Shown: positions 29,698 through 39,112 of the stretch, one piece after another
How the letters are laid out: each line of letters begins with the position of its first letter
How positions within the stretch are numbered: the first letter of the stretch is position 1
NCBI GenBank assembly: GCA_963767735.1
Contig: CAVYES010000002.1
Span: 128,001-192,000, forward strand
Length of the DNA: 64,000 nucleotides
Source: Candidatus Bathyarchaeota archaeon
GTDB taxonomy: Archaea; Thermoproteota; Bathyarchaeia; Bathyarchaeales; Bathycorpusculaceae
Direction: 5' to 3'
Position numbers and translations under genes: made by a program
The notes under the pieces: generated by a model
What the model was told of the DNA's origin: nothing
Seen by the model: only the letters and a program-made list of their open reading frames with translations
Database searches by the model: none

Positions 29698-30362
29698 TTG
29701 GAGAAAACAAAAACTATGGAACTAGACTACGACGTAGACGTCAAGGCTAGTCTTGATGACCTAAGGAAAACAGGCATCATTGAAGGTCAAGCGATTGACT
29801 CTTCAGTTAATAAGAATCGTTGGCAGGTTCCGGACGAGGACTTGGATTATTTTGCTTATCACTTAAGGATGCACAGGTTCGGATTAATCACGGCGAAAAA
29901 GTTGGAACCATTAAGGGTTTAGTCACTAAGACTAAACGTTTGGGCGATTCTGTCTTTTTTGAAGCTGAAGTATCCGGCGACCCGTTGCTTTTGACGCAGA
30001 TTGAAAAGAACCATTTGCGCATGGTTAGCCCGAAAGTGGGTTCGGATAACATCGTTTGTAGTCTGTGCCAGGGTAAGATCAGGGATGCTAACATGGCAAT
30101 GGTTCACCTATGCGCGGGTGCCTGGGAGATTGTGCATAAACCTCGTTGTGTCGAGCTAAGCATCGTTGCGGAGGGAGCGTATGAAAATAATCTTTTTCAT
30201 TTGAAAGGGTTCGCGGCGGCTATGGACGAATCACAGCACAAAGCACTGATTGCTTCCATCTGCGAATGCACGGATAAGGCGAAGTGCCCTTGCGGAATTA
30301 AGTCGCTAAAGTCACAGGTACGGTCCGACCATCACGGACTTAACCAACAGAAAAAGATCTAA
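29698..30362 (+). pseudogene. Phage prohead (maturation) protease-like gene, frameshifted near 29855
   Basis: IIEG.AI.SS.NKN; RINHG (putative catalytic His); MVSP (putative Ser); CSLC..HLC insert; VELSIVAEGA; one missing base joins ORFs 29698 and 29820. Confidence 0.65.
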
Positions 30363-30422
30363 AATTTCAACCGTGACAACTTTTATCTAGCAGAGGCAAC
30401 ATTTGTTTTTTGGTGACGTTTT

Positions 30423-30863
30423 ATGAAAGATTTATCAATAAAGAGCCCGGCGTTTGAACACAATAAGCTTATTCCTAAAAAATACACTTGCGACGGACTA
30501 AGTATCAATCCCGCCCTAACTATCGAGGGCATTCCTGAGGAAGCGAAAACGCTTGTTCTAATAGTTGATGACCCTGATGCGCCAAGTGGCACGTTTGATC
30601 ACTGGGTTGTCTGGAACATTCCCGCCTCAACGGGTAAGATAGGTGAAAACTCAGTGCCGGGAATGGAAGGTATGAACGGGGCAAGACAAATGGGGTATTT
30701 TGGTCCCTGCCCAACGTCGGGCACGCATAGATATTTCTTTAAGGTTTACGCTTTGGACACAGAACTCGGTTTAGGAGTCGGCTCAAAAAAGAAAGATGTT
30801 GAAAAAGCCATACAAGGCCATATTCTTGCCAAGGGCGAATTAATCGGACTCTATAGTCGGTAA
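30423..30863 (+). CDS. YbhB/YbcL (PEBP, Raf-kinase-inhibitor-like) protein
   Basis: YTCDG, DDPDAP, DHWVVWNI, GPCP.SGTHRYFF. Confidence 0.92.
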   Translation: MKDLSIKSPAFEHNKLIPKKYTCDGLSINPALTIEGIPEEAKTLVLIVDDPDAPSGTFDHWVVWNIPASTGKIGENSVPGMEGMNGARQMGYFGPCPTSGTHRYFFKVYALDTELGLGVGSKKKDVEKAIQGHILAKGELIGLYSR

Positions 30864-30955
30864 ATTGCTTGGAAAAGTTTGAAGCAGTTGAAATGTAGGT
30901 TCAGGCTGTTGGTTTTTCTTTTTGTTCTATTAGCGATACCTATTCAAATGTTAGG

Positions 30956-32212
30956 TTGTTTAATGATTATTGTAGCAGTTGGTTGAGTCCTTTGAACCGC
31001 AAATTCGCTATATTGGCTGCAGTGTTGCTTATCGTGTTGATTTCTGCAGCGCTTTTTTTAACGGCTAACGTGGCTAGCAAGCAAACTTCAACTAGGCCAT
31101 TTTATGTAGGCGTCGAATTTGCATATGGCAATCAATTCAGTCAACTGAAAGCCTTAGTAGATCAGGTTAAGGATTACACGAATCTCTTTGTTATAGGCTC
31201 AGTTGGTTTAACATTCAACAGAACAGCTTTAGATGAATCCTGCGATTACATTTTTAACTCGGGATTAAATTTCATCGTTTTATTCACTTCTTTTACCATG
31301 TATAACGCTACGAACGGTTGGGTTGGTTATACCATTTTTGATTGGATTGTGGATGCAAGGCAAAAGTATGGTGACCAGTTCTTGGGTATTTACAGGTTTG
31401 ATGAGCCGGGGGGAAATCAACTGGACAAGGGCACGTCCATGCTTATCAATAACACCAGCACTTTTAGTTACCCTGATGACCCCACCGGTTACACTGAAGT
31501 AAGCGAAGGCTATGTTGGCAACTTAACAGCCATGTTGGACAATTATTTTATCCATACGAACTATACGACTAAAATATTCACTGCGGACTATGGGCTCTAC
31601 TGGTTTGATTACGATTCAGGGTATAACACTGTTTTGGCTGAGTTTGTGGGAAACCAAAGCAGGCAAAGCATTATCGCACTTGACAGAGGCGCCGCACAAT
31701 CTTTCAACAAGTCTTGGGGAGTTATAATTAATTGGAAGTATGACAAGGCACCTTACCTTGAGGACAGCGCGGAATTATATGCTGACCTATCGTTGGCTTA
31801 CACCGCTGGAGCCACTTATGCTATAGTTTTCAGCTATCCTAACCTCAACACGACTTCCACTTACGGCACGTTAACACTGAAAGATTTAGAAGCTTTACAA
31901 AACTTCTGGACCGCCATCCATACCCATCCAGGCAGTTTTCCTTCCAGCTCCGCCGAGGTGGCGTATGTTGTGCCTGCGGATTTCGGGTTTGGCTTTCGCA
32001 ACGTGAACGATACAATCTGGGGTTTATTCCCATCTTACAACTACGCGTCAACTCAAAAAATATGGGACGACACGCAAAACTTACTATCTATATACGGTGA
32101 CAAATTAAACATCATTTACGATGACCCCCAAACTATTGGAACAACCGTAGGGATCCAGCAGTGATTAAACAATTACACAAAAGTTTTTTACTGGAACCAA
32201 ACAATTGTATGA
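30956..32212 (+). CDS. Secreted/membrane-anchored hypothetical protein (possible glycoside-hydrolase-like barrel); stop at 32164 with in-frame continuation to 32212
   Basis: N-terminal TM; YRFDEPGG, TADYGLYWFDY, RGAA..NKSWG; frame continues LNNYTKVFYWNQTIV after TGA. Confidence 0.7.
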
Positions 32213-32373
32213 AACTCTCTAGTAAACGTGAAATTTTCATACTTGGCTTCCCCAAAAAAAGTTCGCTCTTGATCAAGCGGCGGGTAAACGAATTTGGGGC
32301 AACTTGCAATTCTGAATGGAAAATTTTAAAAGCTTCATTTTTACGTAAATAAGTTACTTGCGAATTTATTGGG

Positions 32374-33663
32374 ATGACTGAAATGAAAAGAATGATATGT
32401 GTGGTTCTTCTGGGGATTTTGTGTTTATCGATGTTTTCAGCTTTCACGTCAAATGTGAAGGCGCAGTCGACAGTGGACTGGTGGTCCACATTCCGTCATG
32501 ACCTAACGCACACGGGTGCCTCCACTTCGACGGCGCCATTTACAAATCAGGTCCTGTGGAATTACACGACGGGCAATACTATCGATTATTCTTCACCTGC
32601 CGTGATGAACGGGATAGTTTATGTTGGATCAACTGACGACTACGTTTACGCTTTGAACGCTGCAACCGGCGGATACATCTGGAGCTACAAAACCGGCAGT
32701 TCCGTAGATTCTTCCCCCACGGTTGTCAACGGCGTAGTCTACATAGGTTCAGAAGACCACAAGGTTTACGCTTTGAACGCCGCAACAGGCACCAAAGAAT
32801 GGAGCTACTCAACCGGCGACAAGGTGGAGTCTTCTCCCACGGTTGCTAACAGCGTAGTCTACATCGGCTCAGACGACAACAAAATGTACGCTTTAAACGC
32901 CGCAACAGGCACCAAAGAATGGAGCTACAGCACAGGCGGCTCCGTGGTTTCGTCTCCCGCAGTTGTCAACGGCGTAGTTTACTTTGGTTCAGAAGACGAC
33001 TACGTTTACGCTTTGAACGCTGCAACCGGCGTTAAGGAATGGAGTTATGAAACCGGCGATTACGTGGATTCCTCTCCCGCAGTTGTCAACAGCGTAGTCT
33101 ACATCGGTTCAGACGACTACAATGTTTATGCTTTGAGCGCTACAACTGGCACCGAAATGTGGGTGTTCGGCACAGGCGATCAGGTGGTTTCTTGTCCCGC
33201 CGTTGCTAATGGTGTGGTCTACATCGGCTCGGAAGACTACAACGTGTACGCTTTGAACGCAGTTTCAGGCAGCAAAATATGGAGTTACAGCACAGGTAGC
33301 CAAGTGGAGTCTTCTCCTGCGGTTGCTAACGGCGTGGTTTATGTTGGCTCAGACGACGACAACGTTTACGCACTGAACGCTACAACAGGCGCTACAGTAT
33401 GGACTTACGGGACCCTTAATCTTGTAGATTCTTCTCCCGCGGTTTCAAACGGCGTGGTCTATGTTGGCTCAAACGACGACGACCTTTACGCCTTTGGTGC
33501 AATTACGGTTCCTCAGCCATCCCCAATTGTGCCCTCTCCAACAATACCCGAGGTGCCTAACCAAATGCTAGGCTTATCATTAGTTGCAGTTATGGCATGT
33601 GCGTCATTTGCTGTAATTGTCATAAAAAGAAAGAGAATAAACGGTAAAATTCTGCAAGGATAG
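32374..33663 (+). CDS. PQQ/BamB-like 8-bladed beta-propeller surface protein with PEF-CTERM-like anchor
   Basis: Signal peptide; eight 40-aa repeats SSPAVVNGVVYIGS.D..VYALNAATG...WSY; IPEVP-TM-KRKR tail. Confidence 0.92.
   Translation: MTEMKRMICVVLLGILCLSMFSAFTSNVKAQSTVDWWSTFRHDLTHTGASTSTAPFTNQVLWNYTTGNTIDYSSPAVMNGIVYVGSTDDYVYALNAATGGYIWSYKTGSSVDSSPTVVNGVVYIGSEDHKVYALNAATGTKEWSYSTGDKVESSPTVANSVVYIGSDDNKMYALNAATGTKEWSYSTGGSVVSSPAVVNGVVYFGSEDDYVYALNAATGVKEWSYETGDYVDSSPAVVNSVVYIGSDDYNVYALSATTGTEMWVFGTGDQVVSCPAVANGVVYIGSEDYNVYALNAVSGSKIWSYSTGSQVESSPAVANGVVYVGSDDDNVYALNATTGATVWTYGTLNLVDSSPAVSNGVVYVGSNDDDLYAFGAITVPQPSPIVPSPTIPEVPNQMLGLSLVAVMACASFAVIVIKRKRINGKILQG
32580..33500 (+). repeat. Intragenic tandem repeat, 120-bp period, eight units
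   Basis: TACGCTTTGAACGC-like cores recur in units starting near 32641, 32761, 32881, 33001, 33121, 33241, 33361 and 33481. Confidence 0.9.
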
Positions 33664-33813
33664 CCACCCAGAAAATCATCAAAGCTCCCTCATTTGTGCT
33701 GCAAAAGACAAAAACAAAGTTTAGAAAAAGGCAGTTTAGATAAGCCTTAAGCGTAGGTACAACATTTAAGCAACAAGTCTACGTATTCACAGAGGTTAGG
33801 AGCGCTCGGGGTA

Positions 33814-36800
33814 TTGGAAGAGAAAGCAAGCAAGTCAAATCCTGAGACCATAGAAGGTTTGCCTTCGCTTGACGCGTCGGGAATAGCTGAGTTTATCCGT
33901 TTTGACTGTTGTCCCCGCTACTTCAAACTCCGATTTGACGATAAAGAAGAGAAAAAATGCAGGTGGCCTGAAGCATTCCACAAACCGCTCAGCCCTCTAC
34001 TGTATACTGCGGGTAAAACCTTAGAGTTCAAAACGGTAAAGGACCTTAAAACGAAAGCGGCCGACTACCAAGACTTCACCTGCTATGACCCAAAAAAGCA
34101 AACCGAAGGGTGGAAAAGCGCTTGGTCAGAATCGCTTCAAGCAATAAGAGGAATTATTGAAAGTGCACTTTCCGCTGACAGCAACACATTGTACAAGCCA
34201 GTTTTAATTTATCAAGCTCCTATGAAGGGGCATATCGGTTTATGGGAGATAAAAGGCATAGCTGACTTAATCAGCGTGTGGCCAAGCAAAAACGGCAAAG
34301 TTAAAATCCGCATTTTTGAAATAAAATCCTCTTGGAAAGAGCAGACCGCCCACCGAATACAAGTTGCAATCTACGTGCTTTTGCTAACCAAGTCCTTAGA
34401 AGGTCTTGCCGGCAAAATTGAATTTGAAGGCGGCGTGATTAACAAAGAATCAGATTTAAAGAAACTTGAGCCTCAAAGCCTTCCCTCTTTCAGGCTTGAG
34501 CCTTTAATCCAAGATGTTCAAAGGCTCCTCAGCGAAGACGGTGAACTTTACAGAATCCACCAAATTCTCCTTTCAGAAGTGCCGTATCAGTTGTCTTGGC
34601 GATGTGACAACTGCGGCTTTAACGAATGCTGCGTTGTACGCGCAATTGAAAAAGAGAGCGTGGCCCTGCTTAATTTAACTCGGGGAGAACAAAAAGCCCT
34701 AAAACAGCAGGGGATTTCACGTCTTGAGGATTTAGCAAAGCTGAAGGTAATGCCTAAACCAGAGGAGCAGCGCCCCTATAACTTTAAGGAAATTCCTGCT
34801 TTAGACCCCCAAAAAGTCCAGTTGCTGTCTGCTGACCCCGTTATCGGCGGTAAACTTGACAGGTTAATTCAAAGGGCTCAATTCATGTTAAGCGGAATAC
34901 GCCCAAACAGCCCATACGTAAACAAAGTCAGAGCGATGCCGTGGTTGACAGGCACGGGATATGGAACGTTGCCTGAAGATAGCCCCCAAAATGGCGCAGA
35001 TACGGCGCTTTCGTTTAGACCCGACGGCATGATCCGCGTTTACCTTCACGTTGAATGGGACTTTTTGCAGAATATCATATCCATGATCAGCGCTCGAGTA
35101 AGCTGCACCAGATACCGGGGGCAACCGATAAGTCTCTCAAAAATTGTTGCCGCTCTTCCAGAACTGCAGGAAGAATGCCGTATCCAAGAAAAAAATATGC
35201 TTGAGGTATTCTTTGCCGACCTCATTAAAGCCATCAACGCTATTGCAGTGGAGGTTGGAAGCCCCGATGAGGCGCCTATTCACCTTTACTTCTACACAAG
35301 GCAAGAGCGGGATCACCTTATGGATGCAGTACGACGGCACTCTCTTATGATGACCACTGCACTTGCCGTCCAGGACCTTTTAGGTTTAAGGCAAGCAATA
35401 GATCAACCCATGTTCTCAATTTTACAAGATGAAATTACTCTTCGAAAAGCCGTCGGGTACCCAAGCACAGGGCTTCTGCCCGTCGTTAAACAGTCAGGGT
35501 TCTTTGACACAAACCAATGGGTAGTTAAACGTAAAGACGGAACACTTCTTGACCTTCGACGGGTTTTCCGTGAGGGATTCTTCAACTTCGAAATGCTCTA
35601 CACTAGAAACCCAGACGGTTCAATGTCGTTTTTGCTCGGCTCCGATGATGCAAGACACTCAGAAGGCTATTATCCCGGGCGGGCACGTTTCGGCAACCAG
35701 ATTCCCATTGAATACTTGTGGGCTGCCAAAGGACGCCTTGACAGCAGCAAAGAAACGGATCAAAAGAAAATTATTATGGTGCAGAAACGCATGTGGTGCG
35801 ACTATCCACATAACACCCGAAGAATCAGCGATGAAGACATAACCATACTCGGAGAGCGGCTATGTTTAGCTCTTGAACATTTAGAGCGGTCACTGAACAT
35901 ACGCAATCGACGCTTAGGCAAAAAGCCAATAGCTATTCCAAAAATTGCCGAGTTCACATTGGGGCAAGCAACATTAGAGAGGAGCTGCCGAGAATTTTTG
36001 GATTTAGAGTATTTTGACAAACGCCAAGACCTGTATCAACATTACGCTTTGCTTCCCTGCCAGCGGGTATCTTCAGGGCGATCAGTGATTTTTGAGTGTT
36101 TAAGCGCGGAAGAATTCGATCGAGATTTCGTTGTTACTGGCAAGCTGATTTATGAGGGGCTTGGGTTGCCCAAGTCAGAATGTATTGTTAACGCTTGCCG
36201 TGTTAAGGGATCTGACGATTCAGGCTCTGGTGACTGGATGGTTGCCACCGAAATTCGAGTAAATGAGCAGGGCCAATTTGAGGAAGCTAAACTTAGATCG
36301 CCGTCGCAGGTGGAACAATCCGCTCGTGTTATCGTTGAAAAAGTTGATTTAAGGAAAATGGAGATAACCCTCAAAGTGGTCAGTTGGCCCAGCGGCAAAA
36401 GCAGGAGGTACAGCTCTTGGCATGATCTTCCAACCACCGACAAAACCAAAGCTGCCAACAGCAAGCATATGCAGCTCTTTGAGGTAGGTCGAAAATACAT
36501 TTTAGATGATTTAGCCGATGACATTATTTCAGAGCGGGCAGCCAAATGCCTCGACTACGCAGCCGATAACACACTTTACTGCCTATTATCGGGTTTTTTG
36601 GCAGGTGCAAATAAACCTCCACGATGTACTCCATTAGTCAAGGAGCATGCGAAAGCTTTCTTAGGCTGGGTTGTACACTCAAAGCTGCCGCCTAAGCCCG
36701 AACAGGCTCGCCTCATAAACCGCGTTTTTGACAATGAGCAAGTTGTTATGCTTCAAGGACCGCCAGGAACAGGTAAAACCGAGACGTTGCAGTTAGCAGT

Positions 36801-38172
36801 TCTTGCCCATATTGCCGCGCACAGAGCGGTCGGCAGATGCCGCGTGCTGATGGTTGCGCCAACACATAAAGCAATTCATGAATTTGTTACCAAGCTAGCT
36901 AAGACCTGGCGAACCTACCGCAAAGAAGGCGGAGATGACTTGGCCGATCTGAGAATTTATCGTGTTTTGAACAACGCGGTTAAAGCTGTTGACGGCGTCA
37001 AATACGTTAACTATAATGAAGATGACGAGGTAGTTGCCGAACTAAAAGATGCCTTGTCAAATCAAGACACGTTAGTTTCCAATTCAGCGAGTGCTTTTCC
37101 TCTGGTTTTATGTGTAACGCCGCCTGGCCTGTACGGTCTTATGAAGAAAATCGGCGGCAAGGAGCCATCTTGGGATGAGGGCTTTTTTGATTTACTGGTG
37201 GTCGACGAGGCAAGCATGATGCGGCTTCCCGAGTTGATTCTTTCAGGCGCATTCGTCAACAAGAACGCTCAGATCCTGGTTGCAGGAGACCATCGGCAGT
37301 TGCCGCCTATTCAATCGCATAATTGGGAAAAAGAGGATCGGCGAACCATTGAGGAGATGGCTTCGTTCTTATCTGCTATGGATTTCCTTCGTTTACTACG
37401 TCAAGAAGACCTGGGAATTGACCATGTTAAATCTCTGCATAAAGCTGATATCCCAACTGAGCGGCTGAGCGAAACTCATCGATGCCACCAAGTAGTTGCG
37501 CAGTTTCTGAAAGAATGGGTATACAACAAAGACGGCATTGATTTTCGTTCTGACCAAACACAGACTCTTCCTTCAGTGGCTTCTTCAACTGAGGGGTTGA
37601 AAGTTGTTTTGGAACCAGAGAATGTTTTTGTCCTCGTTATCCATGACGAGATGGAGAGTTTTCAGTCAAATTTAGTTGAGGCAAAGATTGTCGACGCATT
37701 AGTTCGTAGCGGTGTAAAGTCGGAAGGTGTGGGGGTAGTTACTCCGCATAATGCTCAAAGAGGCGTGGTCAAGAATTTGCTGCTTGACGGTTACGAAAAC
37801 GTGCGGGTTGATACAGTTGAGAGGTATCAAGGGGGAGAAGGCGATTTCATAATCATATCCTCCACTGTAAGCGACCCGGACTACGTGCGCACAGAAAGTG
37901 ACTTCTTGCTAAACTTAAACCGCATAAACGTCGCCATTTCCCGTATGAAAAAGAAACTTGTGATCGTTGCAAGCCGATCAATTTTCGAGTTTATGCCTCA
38001 AGACGCCAAAGACTACGATAAAGCCCTACTGTGGAGAGGCATAGCCCAAACTGTAGGTTTCACCGCAAACGCCAACCCAAAATGGAAGGGTTCCTTATCT
38101 GACTTTTTAGGAAAAACCGCTCCAAAAGTTGAGGTTGAAGTTTACGCTAAACCCAGCAACAACGAGGTTTAG
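33814..38172 (+). CDS. Cas4/RecB-like Fe-S nuclease fused to an SF1 (Dna2/Upf1-like) helicase, TM0106-type architecture
   Basis: FDCCPRY and CDNCGFNECC Cys cluster; GIADL...FEIKSS...HRIQ...Y nuclease; QGPPGTGKT, VVDEASM, GDHRQLPP, THRC, TPHNAQ, TVERYQGGE, NRINVAISR helicase motifs. Confidence 0.9.
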   Translation: MEEKASKSNPETIEGLPSLDASGIAEFIRFDCCPRYFKLRFDDKEEKKCRWPEAFHKPLSPLLYTAGKTLEFKTVKDLKTKAADYQDFTCYDPKKQTEGWKSAWSESLQAIRGIIESALSADSNTLYKPVLIYQAPMKGHIGLWEIKGIADLISVWPSKNGKVKIRIFEIKSSWKEQTAHRIQVAIYVLLLTKSLEGLAGKIEFEGGVINKESDLKKLEPQSLPSFRLEPLIQDVQRLLSEDGELYRIHQILLSEVPYQLSWRCDNCGFNECCVVRAIEKESVALLNLTRGEQKALKQQGISRLEDLAKLKVMPKPEEQRPYNFKEIPALDPQKVQLLSADPVIGGKLDRLIQRAQFMLSGIRPNSPYVNKVRAMPWLTGTGYGTLPEDSPQNGADTALSFRPDGMIRVYLHVEWDFLQNIISMISARVSCTRYRGQPISLSKIVAALPELQEECRIQEKNMLEVFFADLIKAINAIAVEVGSPDEAPIHLYFYTRQERDHLMDAVRRHSLMMTTALAVQDLLGLRQAIDQPMFSILQDEITLRKAVGYPSTGLLPVVKQSGFFDTNQWVVKRKDGTLLDLRRVFREGFFNFEMLYTRNPDGSMSFLLGSDDARHSEGYYPGRARFGNQIPIEYLWAAKGRLDSSKETDQKKIIMVQKRMWCDYPHNTRRISDEDITILGERLCLALEHLERSLNIRNRRLGKKPIAIPKIAEFTLGQATLERSCREFLDLEYFDKRQDLYQHYALLPCQRVSSGRSVIFECLSAEEFDRDFVVTGKLIYEGLGLPKSECIVNACRVKGSDDSGSGDWMVATEIRVNEQGQFEEAKLRSPSQVEQSARVIVEKVDLRKMEITLKVVSWPSGKSRRYSSWHDLPTTDKTKAANSKHMQLFEVGRKYILDDLADDIISERAAKCLDYAADNTLYCLLSGFLAGANKPPRCTPLVKEHAKAFLGWVVHSKLPPKPEQARLINRVFDNEQVVMLQGPPGTGKTETLQLAVLAHIAAHRAVGRCRVLMVAPTHKAIHEFVTKLAKTWRTYRKEGGDDLADLRIYRVLNNAVKAVDGVKYVNYNEDDEVVAELKDALSNQDTLVSNSASAFPLVLCVTPPGLYGLMKKIGGKEPSWDEGFFDLLVVDEASMMRLPELILSGAFVNKNAQILVAGDHRQLPPIQSHNWEKEDRRTIEEMASFLSAMDFLRLLRQEDLGIDHVKSLHKADIPTERLSETHRCHQVVAQFLKEWVYNKDGIDFRSDQTQTLPSVASSTEGLKVVLEPENVFVLVIHDEMESFQSNLVEAKIVDALVRSGVKSEGVGVVTPHNAQRGVVKNLLLDGYENVRVDTVERYQGGEGDFIIISSTVSDPDYVRTESDFLLNLNRINVAISRMKKKLVIVASRSIFEFMPQDAKDYDKALLWRGIAQTVGFTANANPKWKGSLSDFLGKTAPKVEVEVYAKPSNNEV

Positions 38173-38321
38173 ATACCTGCGATTAATCAGAAGATTTAAA
38201 CAAAATCGTTAAAATTTAGGAAACGGATAGTTCAGTAGCCTAAGAACGGCGGGTGCAGTTGACTGTACTGAGCATATTTTTTTAGCTATATTATCTCGCA
38301 GGGTTGATGCTCAGATATATT

Positions 38322-38549
38322 TTATGTTTCGATTAGTTGACGCTCAATTTCTGAGCCAGTTTCAACATAGAACTCCATTGGCGTTTGTGCACGGTTCAAG
38401 ACTTTAAACCTGCTTTCAAAAGCCGTGACTAAATCGTCTGCCAGCATCATTTGGAGCTCTTTGGACAATGGCTGCATTGCTTCACTAAGAAGAGCTAAGA
38501 TTTTATTTTCAAGTTCTTTTCTACTTTTTTCGTCTAAATCTTCTTTCAT
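38322..38549 (-). CDS. Small helical hypothetical protein, paralog of 51102-51281
   Basis: RKELE.K...L..EL...L.DD.VTAFE.R..VLNRA shared with 51102-51281; GAGAGGA RBS upstream. Confidence 0.75.
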   Translation of the reverse strand: MKEDLDEKSRKELENKILALLSEAMQPLSKELQMMLADDLVTAFESRFKVLNRAQTPMEFYVETGSEIERQLIET

Positions 38550-38674
38550 TTAGTTCCTCTCTAAAAATAATAGAAACAAAGTGGTTTAACTATTTTATTA
38601 CAGCAAAATATGAATTCAAAATCAGCTTTTTAAATTCAAATTGATCAGCTTTTCAGCAGGATAGTTTTCTTATA

Positions 38675-38940
38675 TTAATTTGTGCCGATGATGCATATTT
38701 GGACGCGGAAGTTTGTGAGGCCGACTTCCGTTGGGGGTACGGTGAGAGTTAAGGTCGCTGGTGTTGTTTGTCCGGGTTGGAGTATTGTGCCTTCTTGGTT
38801 CCACGTTATTGTTATTGTTCCGTTTGCGGTTGTGGGGCTCCAGTTAGACGTCGTCATGTTTAGAGTTAGCGCAACGCCGCTGCTGCTGTTTTTTGATGTA
38901 GATTGTTTGCGTGGTGGTTCCGCCGGCGGTTAGGATCCCC
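38675..38940 (-). pseudogene. 5'-truncated, frameshifted remnant of a secreted beta-sandwich/pilin-like protein
   Basis: GILTAGGTTTQTIYIK continues after an extra A as NSSSGVALTLNMTTSNWSP...ITWN.EG..L.PG....ATLTLTV; no start codon or signal peptide upstream. Confidence 0.5.
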
Positions 38941-39067
38941 CGCGCGCTGCTCTATCTCTAATTTTTGGTGTGGTTATCGTTTGTACAGAGTTGTTGTGTC
39001 GCAAATTTTTGTTCAGGCTGTTTTAGGTTGCTTTTTTGAAGCAGAGCCAAAATTGTTTGCAGGTTGC

Positions 39068-39112
39068 GTCAACAAAAGTCAAAGAAAGTCAATAGACGTC
39101 AAGAAAAGTCAA
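39068..39112. repeat. Five GTCAA motifs at exact 10-bp spacing
   Basis: GTCAA at 39068, 39078, 39088, 39098 and 39108 with A-rich spacers. Confidence 0.85.

Larger units (their letters stand above)
26940..30362 (+). mobile_element. Decayed head-tail (HK97-type) provirus remnant with inserted cargo
   Basis: Portal-like fragment followed by a prohead-protease-like gene in canonical order on the same strand; no integrase, terminase or capsid gene visible. Confidence 0.5.

Noticed and set aside
32580-33500. Regular repeats as a possible CRISPR array or diversity-generating retroelement
   Set aside because: They are in-frame 40-aa propeller blades with no unique spacers; no cas operon or reverse transcriptase is in the window
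33814-34700. Cas4-like domain as evidence of a CRISPR-Cas system
   Set aside because: It is fused to an SF1 helicase, with no cas1, cas2 or array nearby
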